DNA of 64,000 bases from the NCBI GenBank assembly GCA_977862235.1, contig OZ374559.1:372001-436000 (forward strand), given 5' to 3'. The DNA is from Dudresnaya verticillata. Lineage: Eukaryota. Of this stretch, positions 44,905 to 56,412 are shown in pieces; the stretch's first letter is position 1; each line of letters starts with the position of its first letter. The notes beneath the pieces were generated by a model. That model worked only from the letters and a program-made list of their open reading frames with translations, did not search any database and was not told the DNA's origin. A program made the translations under genes and the position numbers.

Positions 44905-46519
44905 GCAGCGATGCTACCATGAAGGAAAACATGCACAGCGCTGGGAAGGAACACATTTTTTTTGCACAGGTCAATTGCCCCCGTCTTCCCCGGGGCACGG
45001 CACAGCAGCAGCTAGTTTATTCATGTAGTAACCCTTGGAAGCAAGTCCAGGGTCCTCGAGATCACCCGAGGTGCGAGGAGCCAAACTGTAAATATTCGAC
45101 TCACTCGACCTCCATTTACAGCAATTTTCGTCATTGTAAGGATGCGGCGGGATCGACCAACCTCAAAAATTGCTAAATTATAAGCATTGGGCCTTGAATT
45201 GCTGCTCCTTGTAATCGTGCTGTGATTGATTCAAAACCCGGGCTCACAACACCGTGTGCCAGCAAATGGACTAAAGTCGCCTACGCAGGACCACGTTAAA
45301 TAAACAACAAATAAAATACAACAACACGACACCCCCCTTGCTCCTTCCGATGCAACATGAGCACAACTCGCGCTCGTTGGCACGCCTGCAGACCCAGACC
45401 AACACAACGTGGTCGGAGCTTCAAGGACCGCGGGAGACTTGAGAGATGTGGCATGACGCCCTCTGCATTGCGCCGATCGGACAGCTTTACTCGCTTGCGC
45501 GGTCGTCACTGCGGCAAGGTTTCAGGCCATCTGGCCAGTGCGTCGTTGCTAATCCGGCTTTCGCGCGCTGGAGAGCTAGCGCTCGCGAAATGGACCGAAC
45601 GCTCTGCTCATCAACAGAGTTGAAGCAAAGTCGACTGCAAGGCTGACGCATTATGCGGCGGATCTCGCGGACGAAATACGCTCTTATCCTGCAGCAGCAC
45701 ACGACCAGCCGCTCCGTCGTCGCACTCGCCGCGTGCTTTGAAATCCGCTCGTCTCCTATCTTCCGGCGGCCGGGTGGCGCCAAAGGCCCCGAGATGCGCA
45801 GCGACCGAGAAGATTGGAGTCCGTCGCGTGGTCAACCGATCAAGGCGCCGCCCTGCTCGAGTTTGGCGTGCGTCAGGTTTATCCCAGCTATTCTTCGGAA
45901 CACGTCTCCAGCACTCGCAGCCCACTGCCTCTCGCGCGGGCCCAGCGCTCCATCTGGCAGAAAAGACCGACAAAGCGCTGGAAAGAGTTTGCGGTTAAAG
46001 ACTCCGGTGCTGCGGCATCCATGCATTTGGCGAGGCAGGCCTGGTATTTTGTGTCAAGAGGTCGGCGCTTAAGCCTGTCGCAGCGCTCACGAGGTTAGCC
46101 AGTTTCCGCACTGGCACGCTCGGGCGGAAGCTTATCCAAGGAAGGCTTGACGATGTCAAGGAATGGAGCGTTTGCCATTGCAGAGCCGGAGGAGGTCCAG
46201 TGATGCACTCCAAGAGGTCAGTCTTCAACAGCGTCAGAAACGCGTTCGTGCAGAAAGCTGATTACAGCCCCCTCGCAATGAGAGAGAGATCGTTTCTAGC
46301 GTAGCACACGGGACATTTACTGGACACCCACCCATGGGGCATGGATGGCAAGCTGGCTTTGCGGCCGGCTGTGAAGACCTTCGCACATAATCTTGCGATT
46401 TGCGAGCAACCATTGCGCAAAACGCCTCGCTTGGCAACGCGAGCACATATGCTCCTCCGCTTGTCATCCACCTGTCGTGCTGCCGCACACAATAGATGAA
46501 GCACAAGGGGTCGCCGTCG

Positions 46520-46573
46520 AAGGACCCATGAATGGCCGAACCGTGTAAGGACCCATGAATGGCCGAACCGTGT
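46520..46573. repeat. 27-bp direct duplication AAGGACCCATGAATGGCCGAACCGTGT
   Basis: Two adjacent exact copies. Confidence 0.85.
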
Positions 46574-47776
46574 CGCCACCCGCTAGAGATACCGAAGCAC
46601 TCTATCCCACAAATGGCATTTCACATCACTGTTTCGAAGCGCATGTTGACGCTCGGAAAACTTACTTTGTATCGGGTCGCTTGCACCACATCAACACAGA
46701 CAAGGCAAGATGGCGTTAGATTGTCACTGAGACAACTGTGTAGTCACGCGCAGGGCTTCACTTGGCAAGGAGGGACCTGTACCCTGGATCCTGCGCAGCA
46801 CGGCGTCTCGAGGTGTTGCCCCGGATTGCGCGCAGCAGGGTTGGGTGTCAATACGATGAAGACTTGGTGTGGAGATGGTGCCTGTGGTTGCTCTGGTCGC
46901 CGGTTTTCTGATCGGGAACATATGTGTCATGATGCTAACTCCCTGGCGCGGGCGAGCCTGCTCCTGCCTCGCCTTTTCGCCTGCAGACCGCTACCAATGG
47001 CTCATGCTCGTCCCAGTGTCCAGCCAGATACAAGGCTCCGCAACCGAAGTTACGTGAGGCCTCCAGCGAGGCCCAGGCGCCACGCCCCGTTCGTCAGGAT
47101 ATTAAGCCGTCTAAGCTGAGCAGTCGCAAGAGCCAGATTACGCTCCGTCCTCGATTGCATCGCCCCACAGCTGACATGCACAATGAAGGAGAAACGTAGC
47201 CATATGCGCCCACCACCCTGCCGCTAAAGAAATCAAGGGCCGCGATTGTATCCCGCGAAGGAGTTTCTGCAGCCGTGGCAGCTCAATGTAATTCTGCTCA
47301 GCAGACGGCTCCAGTCGGTGAGTAGAACATGGACGATTATGCAGAACAAGGCATCGAAGCAGGTCGGCAAGGACGAGTCCGGCCCAAGGCCCACAGGCAA
47401 CACCGCTCTTCGGGACCGACCGCGACATTGTTGTGGTGAATGTTGCGGATAGACCCTGCCTACCCACAAAGCCATTTGTTCGGACAGCGCTCGCACGACG
47501 CACGACGGTCTACCACTGATGTAGAAGAACCACGGAGGCTTGAAAGATATGCGAACAACAAGGCCCAATATGTTCCGACCCGAGCACGACCCGAGCTGGC
47601 AACTGAGTTTGAGATACCACTAGACTGTGCGTGTGATTCCTTGGTATGCAAAGGACTGAACGAGTTCGGCGCTGAGTCATTGTCCTACGCGCAGAGCGGT
47701 TTGAGCTGATCGATCGCGCAACCGCCCCAGATGCACCAATCTGTGTTAGATACGGTCGTCAGCGTGGTATGGGCGT

Positions 47777-50700
47777 TCAGTCGCTTGATTCTATGACTTT
47801 GAGAATCGCTACAGTTCCGTCGTACAGGCCAACGACCAAGGAAGTTCCATCTGCATCAGCGGCAAACACGCGAATATCTGCGTCGAAAGTGGCCAAGACT
47901 TTCTCGTCAGGGCAGTACACGAGATCAGCGCCTCGACTTTCGAAGTTTGCTTGCGCCTTCGCGTCTGCACTGACTGTATCCAAATGTTGGTCGTCCAAGT
48001 AGCGGCTGTAGAACTCATCCCCATCCACGTGAAGGCATGTGCCAGAGCACACGTCCCAAACCCGTGCACCACCATCGACCGATCGGGACAAAACATGCTT
48101 ACCATCTCTGCTCATGGTAACCCTCCGCACAGAACTTGTGTGTCCGGACAGTGGCCCCGCTATCAGCTTTCCGGTTCGAGTATTCCAAATACGGACAGTA
48201 CCGTCAGCAGAGCCTGACACTGCAAGCCTTGCATTGGCGCTCATGGATACGGTCTGCACCACATCGGTGTGTCCACTCAGAGGCTGACCAACTTGTTTCC
48301 CATTCTGTACGTCCCAGACCCGAACTGTACGATCGGCCGACCCTGACACCACGGCAGTTCCATCCGCACTTACGGATACATCCCACACCCCACCGGTGTG
48401 CCCCGTCAACGGCACTCCTATCTGCCTCCCGAATTGTGTGTCCCATATACGAATGGTGCCGTCTTCTGACCCGGACACTGCGTGTGTGCCATTGGCGTTT
48501 ATCGAAACGCTCAGCACCCAACTCGTGTGTCCGGTCAAAGCTTCGCCCACTGTGTCCCCAGTTTGCGCATTCCAGATCTGAACGGTACCGTCGAGGGACC
48601 CTGACACAGCACGAGATCCGTTTGCGCTCATGTCGACGCACTGTACCACGTCTTTATGCCCACTCAGAGGCTGGACATGTTGATTCCCCCTCTCTGTATC
48701 CCAGACCCGTACAGTGTGGTCTCTGGATCCTGAAACTGCACGCCTTCCGTCTGCGCTCACAGATATGCTCTGTACCAATGCCCTGTGCCCTGTCAATGGC
48801 TTGCCAATCTGCTCACCGGTTTCTGGGTTCCGAATACTGATAGTAGAGTCGGCTGAGCCTGTCACCAAGTGTTTTCCGTCGGTGCTTATGGCCACGGTAT
48901 CAACGAAACTAGTACCAGTGCTCAGCGGCTGGCCCACCTGTTCGCCGGTTTGCAAATCCCAGATCCGAGCTGTACCGTCACGTGCCCCTGACGCTGCGCG
49001 TGTTCCATCCTCGCTCATGGACACACAACGGATCCAGTCCGTGTGCCCACGCAGAGACTCCCCCAGTTGCTGTCCGTTGGTAGCGTCCCAGATCCTGACG
49101 GTGCGGTCGCTTGACCCTGATAGCAACCGCGTTCCGTCTGCGCTAATAGACACGCTATGCACCGAGCCCCTGTGCCCGAGCAGGGGTCTGCCGAGCTGGT
49201 CCCCCGTCTCTACGTTCCAAATGCGAACAGTGCAATCTTCTGAGCCCGACACAATTCGCATTCCCGAAGCATTGATGGCAATGCTTAGTACAGTGCTGCC
49301 ATGGCCTTTGAGTGTTCCACACTCCTGTTCTCCCGTTTCCGAGCTCCAAATGCGGATTGAACCATCTTTAAAGCCCATGACGACACGGGATCCATCCTTT
49401 GATATCGCTCCACACGTTGGGCGGGTTTCCTCGCTTGACTCAGTTCTTGTCGCCATACTATTGGAACCATCGTCGTTGCTGGCAGAGAAACATCTCCGAA
49501 ACACTTCCTTGATAGCGTTTTGTAACCCAAGTAGATGTGATGCTTTGCTCAAGATCTTCCTTTGCCGCAAGACCAGAACCCTCCCTTCCCTCTCTGAATA
49601 GCTACAAAGATCTTTCGAGCGCAAACGCACAAATTTACCTTCCCCGCTTGAAGAGTGCTTCCCGACAAATGCGTCTGCTGTACCCGTGCCGCTGTCCCAT
49701 CCACAACTCATGACGCCTTGTCTCTCCCTAAACGTAACATCAAAAACCTCATTGTATGGGACTGAAAACAACTCTAGCAATGGATTGTTGGCTCCCTTCA
49801 AGCATGGTGTTAACGTCTTCAACCACAACCTTGGTGCCTGCTTCGCCATCTTCAGCATCATTTGATCAACCCATTCACACCTCGGCGTGGTACCTGACAG
49901 CCTCCCATAAACTTGAAAACAAGCTCCGGCCGCGTTCCCAATACAATATGGTAGGCTCATGCGCGCAATAATGCTCAGCTGTTTCAGCACAACCTCCTGG
50001 TTTTGTACTATTCTTGTAGACCTTGTCCCATTTTGTTCAGAAATGCTTTCGCAGCCCCTTGAACTCCATGTCAAATAGATATTCTTGTCTGTTTCGAACT
50101 GCGAGATAGCGTTCATCTCCAACATCTTCGCGATCCAAGGCGGGCTTGACAGCAGCTTGAAAATGTCAGCCCCTCGCCCTGCCCTGTACATCAGTCTGCT
50201 CAAATTCTGAAGAAAGTACCCATCATCAGCCACATCAGCAGGCCAACAAGTATCTCTATCAGTACTCATTGATTCCAACTCATAGCCCTTCAACACTTGC
50301 ATACACCATTTCGACTCTTCCTCCCGTTGTAGCGCCTCATCCTTCGCAAAGTCGTGTACAAGATCATGCAGCCGCAGGCCCAGGTACACATCACCATTCA
50401 CCAGACGATATTCAGCATCTGCTACTCCGAATTTGTCCATAGCATCGACTACAACCTTTGCAGTATGCTCATCTTTCAGACCCCAAGCATGTCGCAGAAA
50501 AGACTGTGGGACCCAATCCTGCTTTTGCAATACACAAAGAGCCCGATGCATTTCACGGTACGTAAGCCTGACGCCTTTGATCTCATCGAAGGCATATCTC
50601 CCGTCTAGGTACTCCAGGGATAGGAGCAGTGACTGAGCCAACGGCATGCTGTCGTCCGGAGATGGCATCACCACATCCAGCCGCTGAAGCAAAGTCAGGT

Positions 50701-51949
50701 ACTCTTCCCACGCTTTTCTTGCGTTTTCCCCAAGTTTTCTTCGAAATTGTCGAATAGTACATCCGCACACTTTCAATGCAATTGGGTATCCATCGCAGTG
50801 CTGCAGGATTGTCTTAATTGCTGCTCGGCAGTCGGGGTCATTCAACTCGCTATTGTCCGCGCCGGCGACCCGCAACAAAATCTGGAGCGCTTCCGGACCT
50901 TCGGCATCCGTTGGGTCGAACGTCGCAGCCTCGCCCCGCTCAACTAACTGCTTGTCCCTTGTCGAATACAAAAGACGACTACCTTCCCCGTCCTCTTTGA
51001 TGTTTCCAATGAGCCGAGACAGCCCCTGGAGCAAGTCCTCCCCAATGTCGTTCGACTGCCAAACGTCATCGAAAATGAACAGGCAGACATGCTCACCAAA
51101 CCAGTTTCGGACCTCTGAGATGACAACATCCAGATCCCGTTCCTGTCGCAGTTTGTCGGCCAGGAGGCTCCCTCCAGAGTCCTTAACTGCATCACACAAT
51201 TGTTGTATCAGCAACGGGATTGTACCATCCTTGCCTAAACGCATAAAGTAGACACCACCCGGAAAGCGTTCCACCACATCGCTATCGTTTGCAACTGCTT
51301 GTAGCGTGCACGACTTCCCAACCCCGCTTGGTCCCTGAGCAATGACTTCGATTGAAGCGCCTGTCCCGGTCCTCAGTAAAGCCTCTTTCAGCTTCTTTGC
51401 GCTACCGACTGCTGGGAAGTCAATGACAACTAGAGCTCCGTTCCTTGGTGCGTTATTGATTGGGTGGAAGGGCTCGGCTGCTCTCCTTCGTCCATTGGTA
51501 TCAAGACTCTCCATGCGCTGTACCGCACCAGCCATTGCAGCGACTCTGACCATGGTTGAGACGGTGTTATTGATACTCAGGATAGATTGCCGGGCACTAG
51601 TGGCTTGTTCTGCCAGCTCCAAGACCTTAGTTTCATTGGGCATTGTGTGTGTTCCTGCATGTAAAGGATTGTGAAGTCGTTCTATCTCATTCCGTAGCTG
51701 CTTCACAGCATCACCTGTAAAAGTCTTCAAATGGCCGAGCTTGTTTTGAAGGATTCGGCGGTTGTGTTCCGGAAACTCATCCAAGGTTTCCTGGTCAAGG
51801 TGAGCGATGTCTTGCAGGTCAGACGCAATGGCCTGGAAATCTTGCAGTAAGTTGGAAACAACGCCTGGGGTTTCCTTGATGGCGCCATAACGCTCCTTGA
51901 GGCTTCTGACTATATCGTAAAGCTCGTTTGCGTCGGCCCCGAAGTCCAT
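47777..51949 (-). CDS. NLR-like STAND NTPase: N-terminal helical domain, NB-ARC, WD40 repeats (Apaf-1-like architecture)
   Basis: Intact 1390-aa ORF. P-loop GPSGVGKS, Walker B LFIFDDVW, LLYSTRD, GLPL-like GYPIAL, MHD-like LHDLVHD, and 11 clear 43-aa GH...WD repeats. Confidence 0.93.
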   Translation of the reverse strand: MDFGADANELYDIVRSLKERYGAIKETPGVVSNLLQDFQAIASDLQDIAHLDQETLDEFPEHNRRILQNKLGHLKTFTGDAVKQLRNEIERLHNPLHAGTHTMPNETKVLELAEQATSARQSILSINNTVSTMVRVAAMAGAVQRMESLDTNGRRRAAEPFHPINNAPRNGALVVIDFPAVGSAKKLKEALLRTGTGASIEVIAQGPSGVGKSCTLQAVANDSDVVERFPGGVYFMRLGKDGTIPLLIQQLCDAVKDSGGSLLADKLRQERDLDVVISEVRNWFGEHVCLFIFDDVWQSNDIGEDLLQGLSRLIGNIKEDGEGSRLLYSTRDKQLVERGEAATFDPTDAEGPEALQILLRVAGADNSELNDPDCRAAIKTILQHCDGYPIALKVCGCTIRQFRRKLGENARKAWEEYLTLLQRLDVVMPSPDDSMPLAQSLLLSLEYLDGRYAFDEIKGVRLTYREMHRALCVLQKQDWVPQSFLRHAWGLKDEHTAKVVVDAMDKFGVADAEYRLVNGDVYLGLRLHDLVHDFAKDEALQREEESKWCMQVLKGYELESMSTDRDTCWPADVADDGYFLQNLSRLMYRAGRGADIFKLLSSPPWIAKMLEMNAISQFETDKNIYLTWSSRGCESISEQNGTRSTRIVQNQEVVLKQLSIIARMSLPYCIGNAAGACFQVYGRLSGTTPRCEWVDQMMLKMAKQAPRLWLKTLTPCLKGANNPLLELFSVPYNEVFDVTFRERQGVMSCGWDSGTGTADAFVGKHSSSGEGKFVRLRSKDLCSYSEREGRVLVLRQRKILSKASHLLGLQNAIKEVFRRCFSASNDDGSNSMATRTESSEETRPTCGAISKDGSRVVMGFKDGSIRIWSSETGEQECGTLKGHGSTVLSIAINASGMRIVSGSEDCTVRIWNVETGDQLGRPLLGHRGSVHSVSISADGTRLLSGSSDRTVRIWDATNGQQLGESLRGHTDWIRCVSMSEDGTRAASGARDGTARIWDLQTGEQVGQPLSTGTSFVDTVAISTDGKHLVTGSADSTISIRNPETGEQIGKPLTGHRALVQSISVSADGRRAVSGSRDHTVRVWDTERGNQHVQPLSGHKDVVQCVDMSANGSRAVSGSLDGTVQIWNAQTGDTVGEALTGHTSWVLSVSINANGTHAVSGSEDGTIRIWDTQFGRQIGVPLTGHTGGVWDVSVSADGTAVVSGSADRTVRVWDVQNGKQVGQPLSGHTDVVQTVSMSANARLAVSGSADGTVRIWNTRTGKLIAGPLSGHTSSVRRVTMSRDGKHVLSRSVDGGARVWDVCSGTCLHVDGDEFYSRYLDDQHLDTVSADAKAQANFESRGADLVYCPDEKVLATFDADIRVFAADADGTSLVVGLYDGTVAILKVIESSD

Positions 51950-53579
51950 GTATCAGATTCCCCGGGTCTGCACGACCGGCAGCTCTTCTGGTTCGCACAG
52001 TGATATACAGCAGGTTACTGCGACGAGATGTGGAGAGGTGCTCTGCATTAGCCCGTCGCAATATGATGTTGGTAGATGCGTGCGGGTTGGCGGGTGCGTT
52101 GCGATTCGTCTGTATGCTAGGTTGGATACCACGTGAGAGAAGAGTTCTTCAAGAGCTCCGGTTGTTGTCTCGGGAGCGGCAGGTCCAGGGAACCGAAGTA
52201 TAGCAAGTTATCGGCGGGAAATAGCGACCCGGGTACGTTGACCATGTATGTTTTTTGCTGGCGGCGTTTTCGGTGGTGCTGGAGGCATCTGAAGGCGATA
52301 GGTCCTCTTTGTAATGAGAGTTGTGAGCGTGATCGGCGGCAGCGCGCAAACGGGTTGCCTAGGCTGTGGTGTGCCAATCGGGCAATGCACGAATGCGTGA
52401 AGACATTGGATAGGGACAGAAATCGCGGACGGGATGGGATGGGATGTTAGCGGGCTGTGAGGTTCGGCGATGACGGGGGTTGGGATGTTTGGGGAGCGGG
52501 GCAAAACTGCGGCAGAATGGGAGCGGTGTTCCAGAAGGCGAGTGGCGGATGGGGTGGGTGGGTAAGCAGCACTGCAGGGCGGGAAGCAGCGAGCATGTTG
52601 CCTTACGAGTGTGGGTGAACAGCGGGAGGGCGGCTTGTGGAATTGGTTGGATCAGGGAGTGTTGGCAAAAGCGTGCTTGGGAATGGGGCTTGCGCTCGGC
52701 TCGAGGCAGCGGGTTGGCTGCGGGGAAGTTGTAAGGAGCAGATGCAAGAGGCAGTGCTTCAGGTTGACGGAGGAACGGCTGCGTTTCGGTTGTACAGTGT
52801 GCAGCTGGAGGGAATCTGCAGCAGAGCGCGTCCCTCTTGCTGGCTTCTGCTTGGAACCTGATCGGGATTACACGTGGACTACATCCCGATCTCATGGTGA
52901 CGTGGTCGACGCAATCACGGCCTGCAACTGGACCACTTGGTCCAATGGAAGCAGAGCGTATCGCACAAATCGCGATTCACGCATCAGGATCAATGGTCTG
53001 CGCTTCGAGTGCCACCGATGCCGCGAGATTAATGTCGGTGCCTTGAACAAGTCCCGTCGTGCTTGCGCCTGCCTTCCCAGTTCGGAGACCTGTAACCGAC
53101 GCTACCATTCGAAGAAACCTACATCGTACCACCAGGCACCACCGCCCCTCATCTTCCCAGGTCGCCATAGCCATGCACCGCAACCTCGGACTCATGTGCT
53201 GGCACGCCTGTTATGGCGGGCATTTCACTGCATCACGTTAAGAATTGCAACGCCCCCGTTTCTAGAAGAGCCACCAGAGTAGTACCCTGCGCATCACCCA
53301 CTACTGAACCTACTTTTGCTTCGAACAAACCTATACCCTCTGTATCCTCGCTCCGTTCACCATTGTACAGCAACATGCAGTTGCCAAGAAAGTACTACCA
53401 CGGCTGTGACATCGCGCCTCCCAAGCACTGAATACGTAAAGGGACCCATCAACGGCCCCAAATGTAATTCTCTTCGACGTCAATGCACCTCTTGCTTTCG
53501 ACATCCCATACGCGAGCAGTACCGTCGCGGAAACCTGATAAAATGCGCCTTCCACCCGCGCTCGTGGATAGCCTCCGCC

Positions 53580-55420
53580 CTCATCTGTGTGCCCTGTTAG
53601 ACGATTGACAAATGGCTCCCCAGCGTGAACGTTCCAAATCCAAACCAGGTAATCGCGTCCCCCTGAGACTAGCCTCGTACCGTCCGCACTTACAACCACG
53701 CTCCTCTCCTGCCCTACGTGCCCGCGGAGAGCCTCAACCACCTGCCTGTAGGTTTGTGCATTCCAGACTTGCACCCGCCCATCGCGTGCCCCAGCGGCCA
53801 AAGGCGCCCCGCCCCGTCTCCGCTAATTAATGGATATGCTCTCCACTCCACTCGTGTGTCCAGAGAGTGGCTGGAGTACCTCTTCCCAAGTCTGCGTGTT
53901 CCAGACGCGAATGCTGCCGTCAAATGCTCCCGACGCAGCACGTGTTGCGTCCTCGCTTATGGCCACGCTCTGCACCGAACTGGTTTGCGCAGTTGATGCG
54001 GAACCCAAGCCTTGGAGTGATGGGCAGGCGAGTAAGAGCCATAATAATCGCATCCACACCTCATCAGCCTAAGGTCTTTTGCATACACTGTATCAAAAAC
54101 AATACCAGGCTTTGATACCAGAAACATCTCGAACTGCTCATCATCCACACCCTTGAGCATGACATCAATGCCTTGAACCATGGCCTCGGCGCAGACATCT
54201 CCATTCCCGACGTCAGTCTCTCCACTCTCTCAGACCCCGGCCTGGTAGCCAACGACCTTGCGTTGCGGCTTTCGTGTCCGCGCTGACCTCTCGTGCCGAC
54301 CCCTCCAACAGCATGCGATGAGTTGAGACTCCTGGCTCCAAATCGGATCAGAGTGCGCTGCCACAATTTGTGCAGTGAGCCATGACGGGCGTTTCAACAT
54401 CTCCAGCTTCCAGACAGCGTGCAAGAAGCCAAACAAACGAGTGCGCAGCAAGCGTATTGGCTAGCGCAAGACGGGCATTCATGCGCTTCATTATAGCGCT
54501 CGAAAGTCGCTAGCCTTCTGTCTCAGAGACCTACCATGACAATAGTGCCGTTCGCACCAAAGGCGAACGTCGCAGTCTCCGGTTTTGCAGTCTGCAGCTT
54601 GGAAGATGCTATGGCACTCTCGATTTTGTCAATAAACAGCAGCAGGACGTCGCTGTCCTTCCATTCAACATGGTGCTACGTCCTTCTGGCGTCCTTCAAC
54701 CCAAATAGCTCCCCCAGAAGCCCCAACAACCCATCGACCTTGCCTCGTCCCGTGTCAACGGATTTCTGGTGCTCAAGTGCCACTCTCGGACAGTGTGGTC
54801 AACTTCAGCGCACCAAACGCGGCAACAACCGCTCTCTCTCTCACCCAGCACGGTATGCCCAGTCCATGTGCTCGATCAGGGCTTAACCCATCGTTTCATT
54901 GATTTCTGCATCCCACGGCTGAGCAGCGTCGTCTTCTGACCCTAACCTTGTATAGGTTACATTCACGTTCAGGCAAGCGCTTCGTATCGTATCCATGTGT
55001 CCGGTCCATGGCCCAGACAACTCCTCCCCAGGTGGCGTTTCCCATATCTGAGTTGCATCGTCTCCGGAACCTTCCATGCCACTTGTTCGTCTCCGCCCTA
55101 TGTTCCAGATCCGCGAGCTGCGGTCTTCTGACTCATCGTAGGTTGAAGGTGCACAGTTCACTCTGATTGAGACACTTCGCACTGTCGTTGCGCGCCCGTC
55201 CAATGCTTCGCACGCCTACCCCTAACGCATGCTCCAATCCGAAGAGTGTGCCTTGGGATGACCCGGAGATGAAGCATGTGACGTCCGCAATAATAAATGA
55301 AGAGAAGTCGCGCCCAATGCTTGTGTCCAGCTAGAGGATCACGCATCCGCTTCCCGGCGTACACGTTCCGAGTACGAACAGGGTGGTCGTCTGGCCATCA
55401 CGCTCTGCTTGCTCCATCCG
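53580..55420 (-). pseudogene. Decayed WD40-repeat gene fragments related to the neighbouring STAND gene
   Basis: SVAISEDATRAASGAFDGSIRVWN, LSGHTSGVESISIN, VSADGTRLVSGGRD and WTGHMDTIRS, broken by stops and frameshifts. No NB-ARC is recognisable and the boundaries are approximate. Confidence 0.75.
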
Positions 55421-56236
55421 CGTTCATGAGAACAATGTTCAACGACGTCCGATGCATTTCAAGATTCACTTGTGGCAGACGTTTCTTCACGTCGTCCAGA
55501 GCAGCTCGTCCGTCTAGATACTCCGGATATGCAGGCAGATGACTTACGAAACGGTTGTACAGTCATTCCGAGACTCTGTCACGAGGCCCTGATACACGTC
55601 AAACCCGACGTACACACTCTCAGCGGCACCGAGTATCCATCACAGCGCAGTACGGCCGCTGAATAGCAGACTGGCAATCTTACCTACTCAGCCCGCTCTT
55701 GCCGGCACCCACGACCCCGAACGAAAACTTGGCGTGCATCCGGACATTCGGTCTGCGTTGGGCCTGGCTCGAACGGCACACACAGTCTCACCGCGCTCAA
55801 CTCACCTCGCATCCATATCCGAACACAAAAGCACGGGCCGCTCTGGTATCCTCTGTGACGTGAGCAACCAGACAAGGCAAGTGCTGGAGCAGGTCGTCGG
55901 CAGCGTCGTGACGTCGTCCGCCACACGTCATCGGCACGGCGGCGAAGGCGCGTTGCGCCAAGGTCGGCGGGCGACTGGGCGGGCGGCCGCTCTCGGCAGC
56001 GCGAAGCGGCGCGCGCGCGCGGGTGCTCGGGACGACCCTGGCGGGGGCAGCTCGCTGAGCGGCGCGGAGGGCGCGACGGTGGGCCGGTTCGGATCGGCTT
56101 GGGCGGGTGACAGGGCGCGAGGGTTTCTCTCGGTTCGAATCAGAAAGCGCGGCTGGGAACAGGTACAGACGCGGGATGGTCTCGAAGCGCAAGAATGCTC
56201 CGAGGGCTCACTCCGAGGCCTATGGACGCCATGCGT

Positions 56237-56412
56237 GGAGATCGCGATTCAACGTGCTCGGGTCCGGATCTAGGAGGTCGCGACTCAACGTGCTCAGATC
56301 CGGATCTGGGAGGTCGCGATTCAACGTGCTCAGATCCGGATCTGGGAGGTCGCGATTCAACGTGCTCAGATCCGGATCTGGGAGGTCGCGATTCAACGTG
56401 CTCTGATCCGGA
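56237..56412. repeat. 36-bp minisatellite, about 4.9 copies (GGAGGTCGCGATTCAACGTGCTCAGATCCGGATCTG)
   Basis: Head-to-tail units with no spacers. Confidence 0.92.

Larger units (their letters stand above)
39119..45133 (-). mobile_element. Full-length but inactivated Ty1/copia retrotransposon (family F)
   Basis: Short LTRs 39119-39331 and 44920-45133 (TG...CA), TSD TTGTA, PBS TGGTAGCATCGC (initiator-Met-like) abutting the 5' LTR, and PPT GAAGGGGCG. Confidence 0.95.

Noticed and set aside
45231..47709. Short ORFs between copia F and the STAND gene
   Set aside because: No motif or consistent frame supports a gene call.
48714..49601. Plus-strand ORFs over the WD40 repeats
   Set aside because: They are antisense shadows of the STAND gene's repeats.
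56237..56412. 36-bp repeats as a CRISPR array
   Set aside because: The units are contiguous with no unique spacers, there are no cas genes, and the context is eukaryotic.
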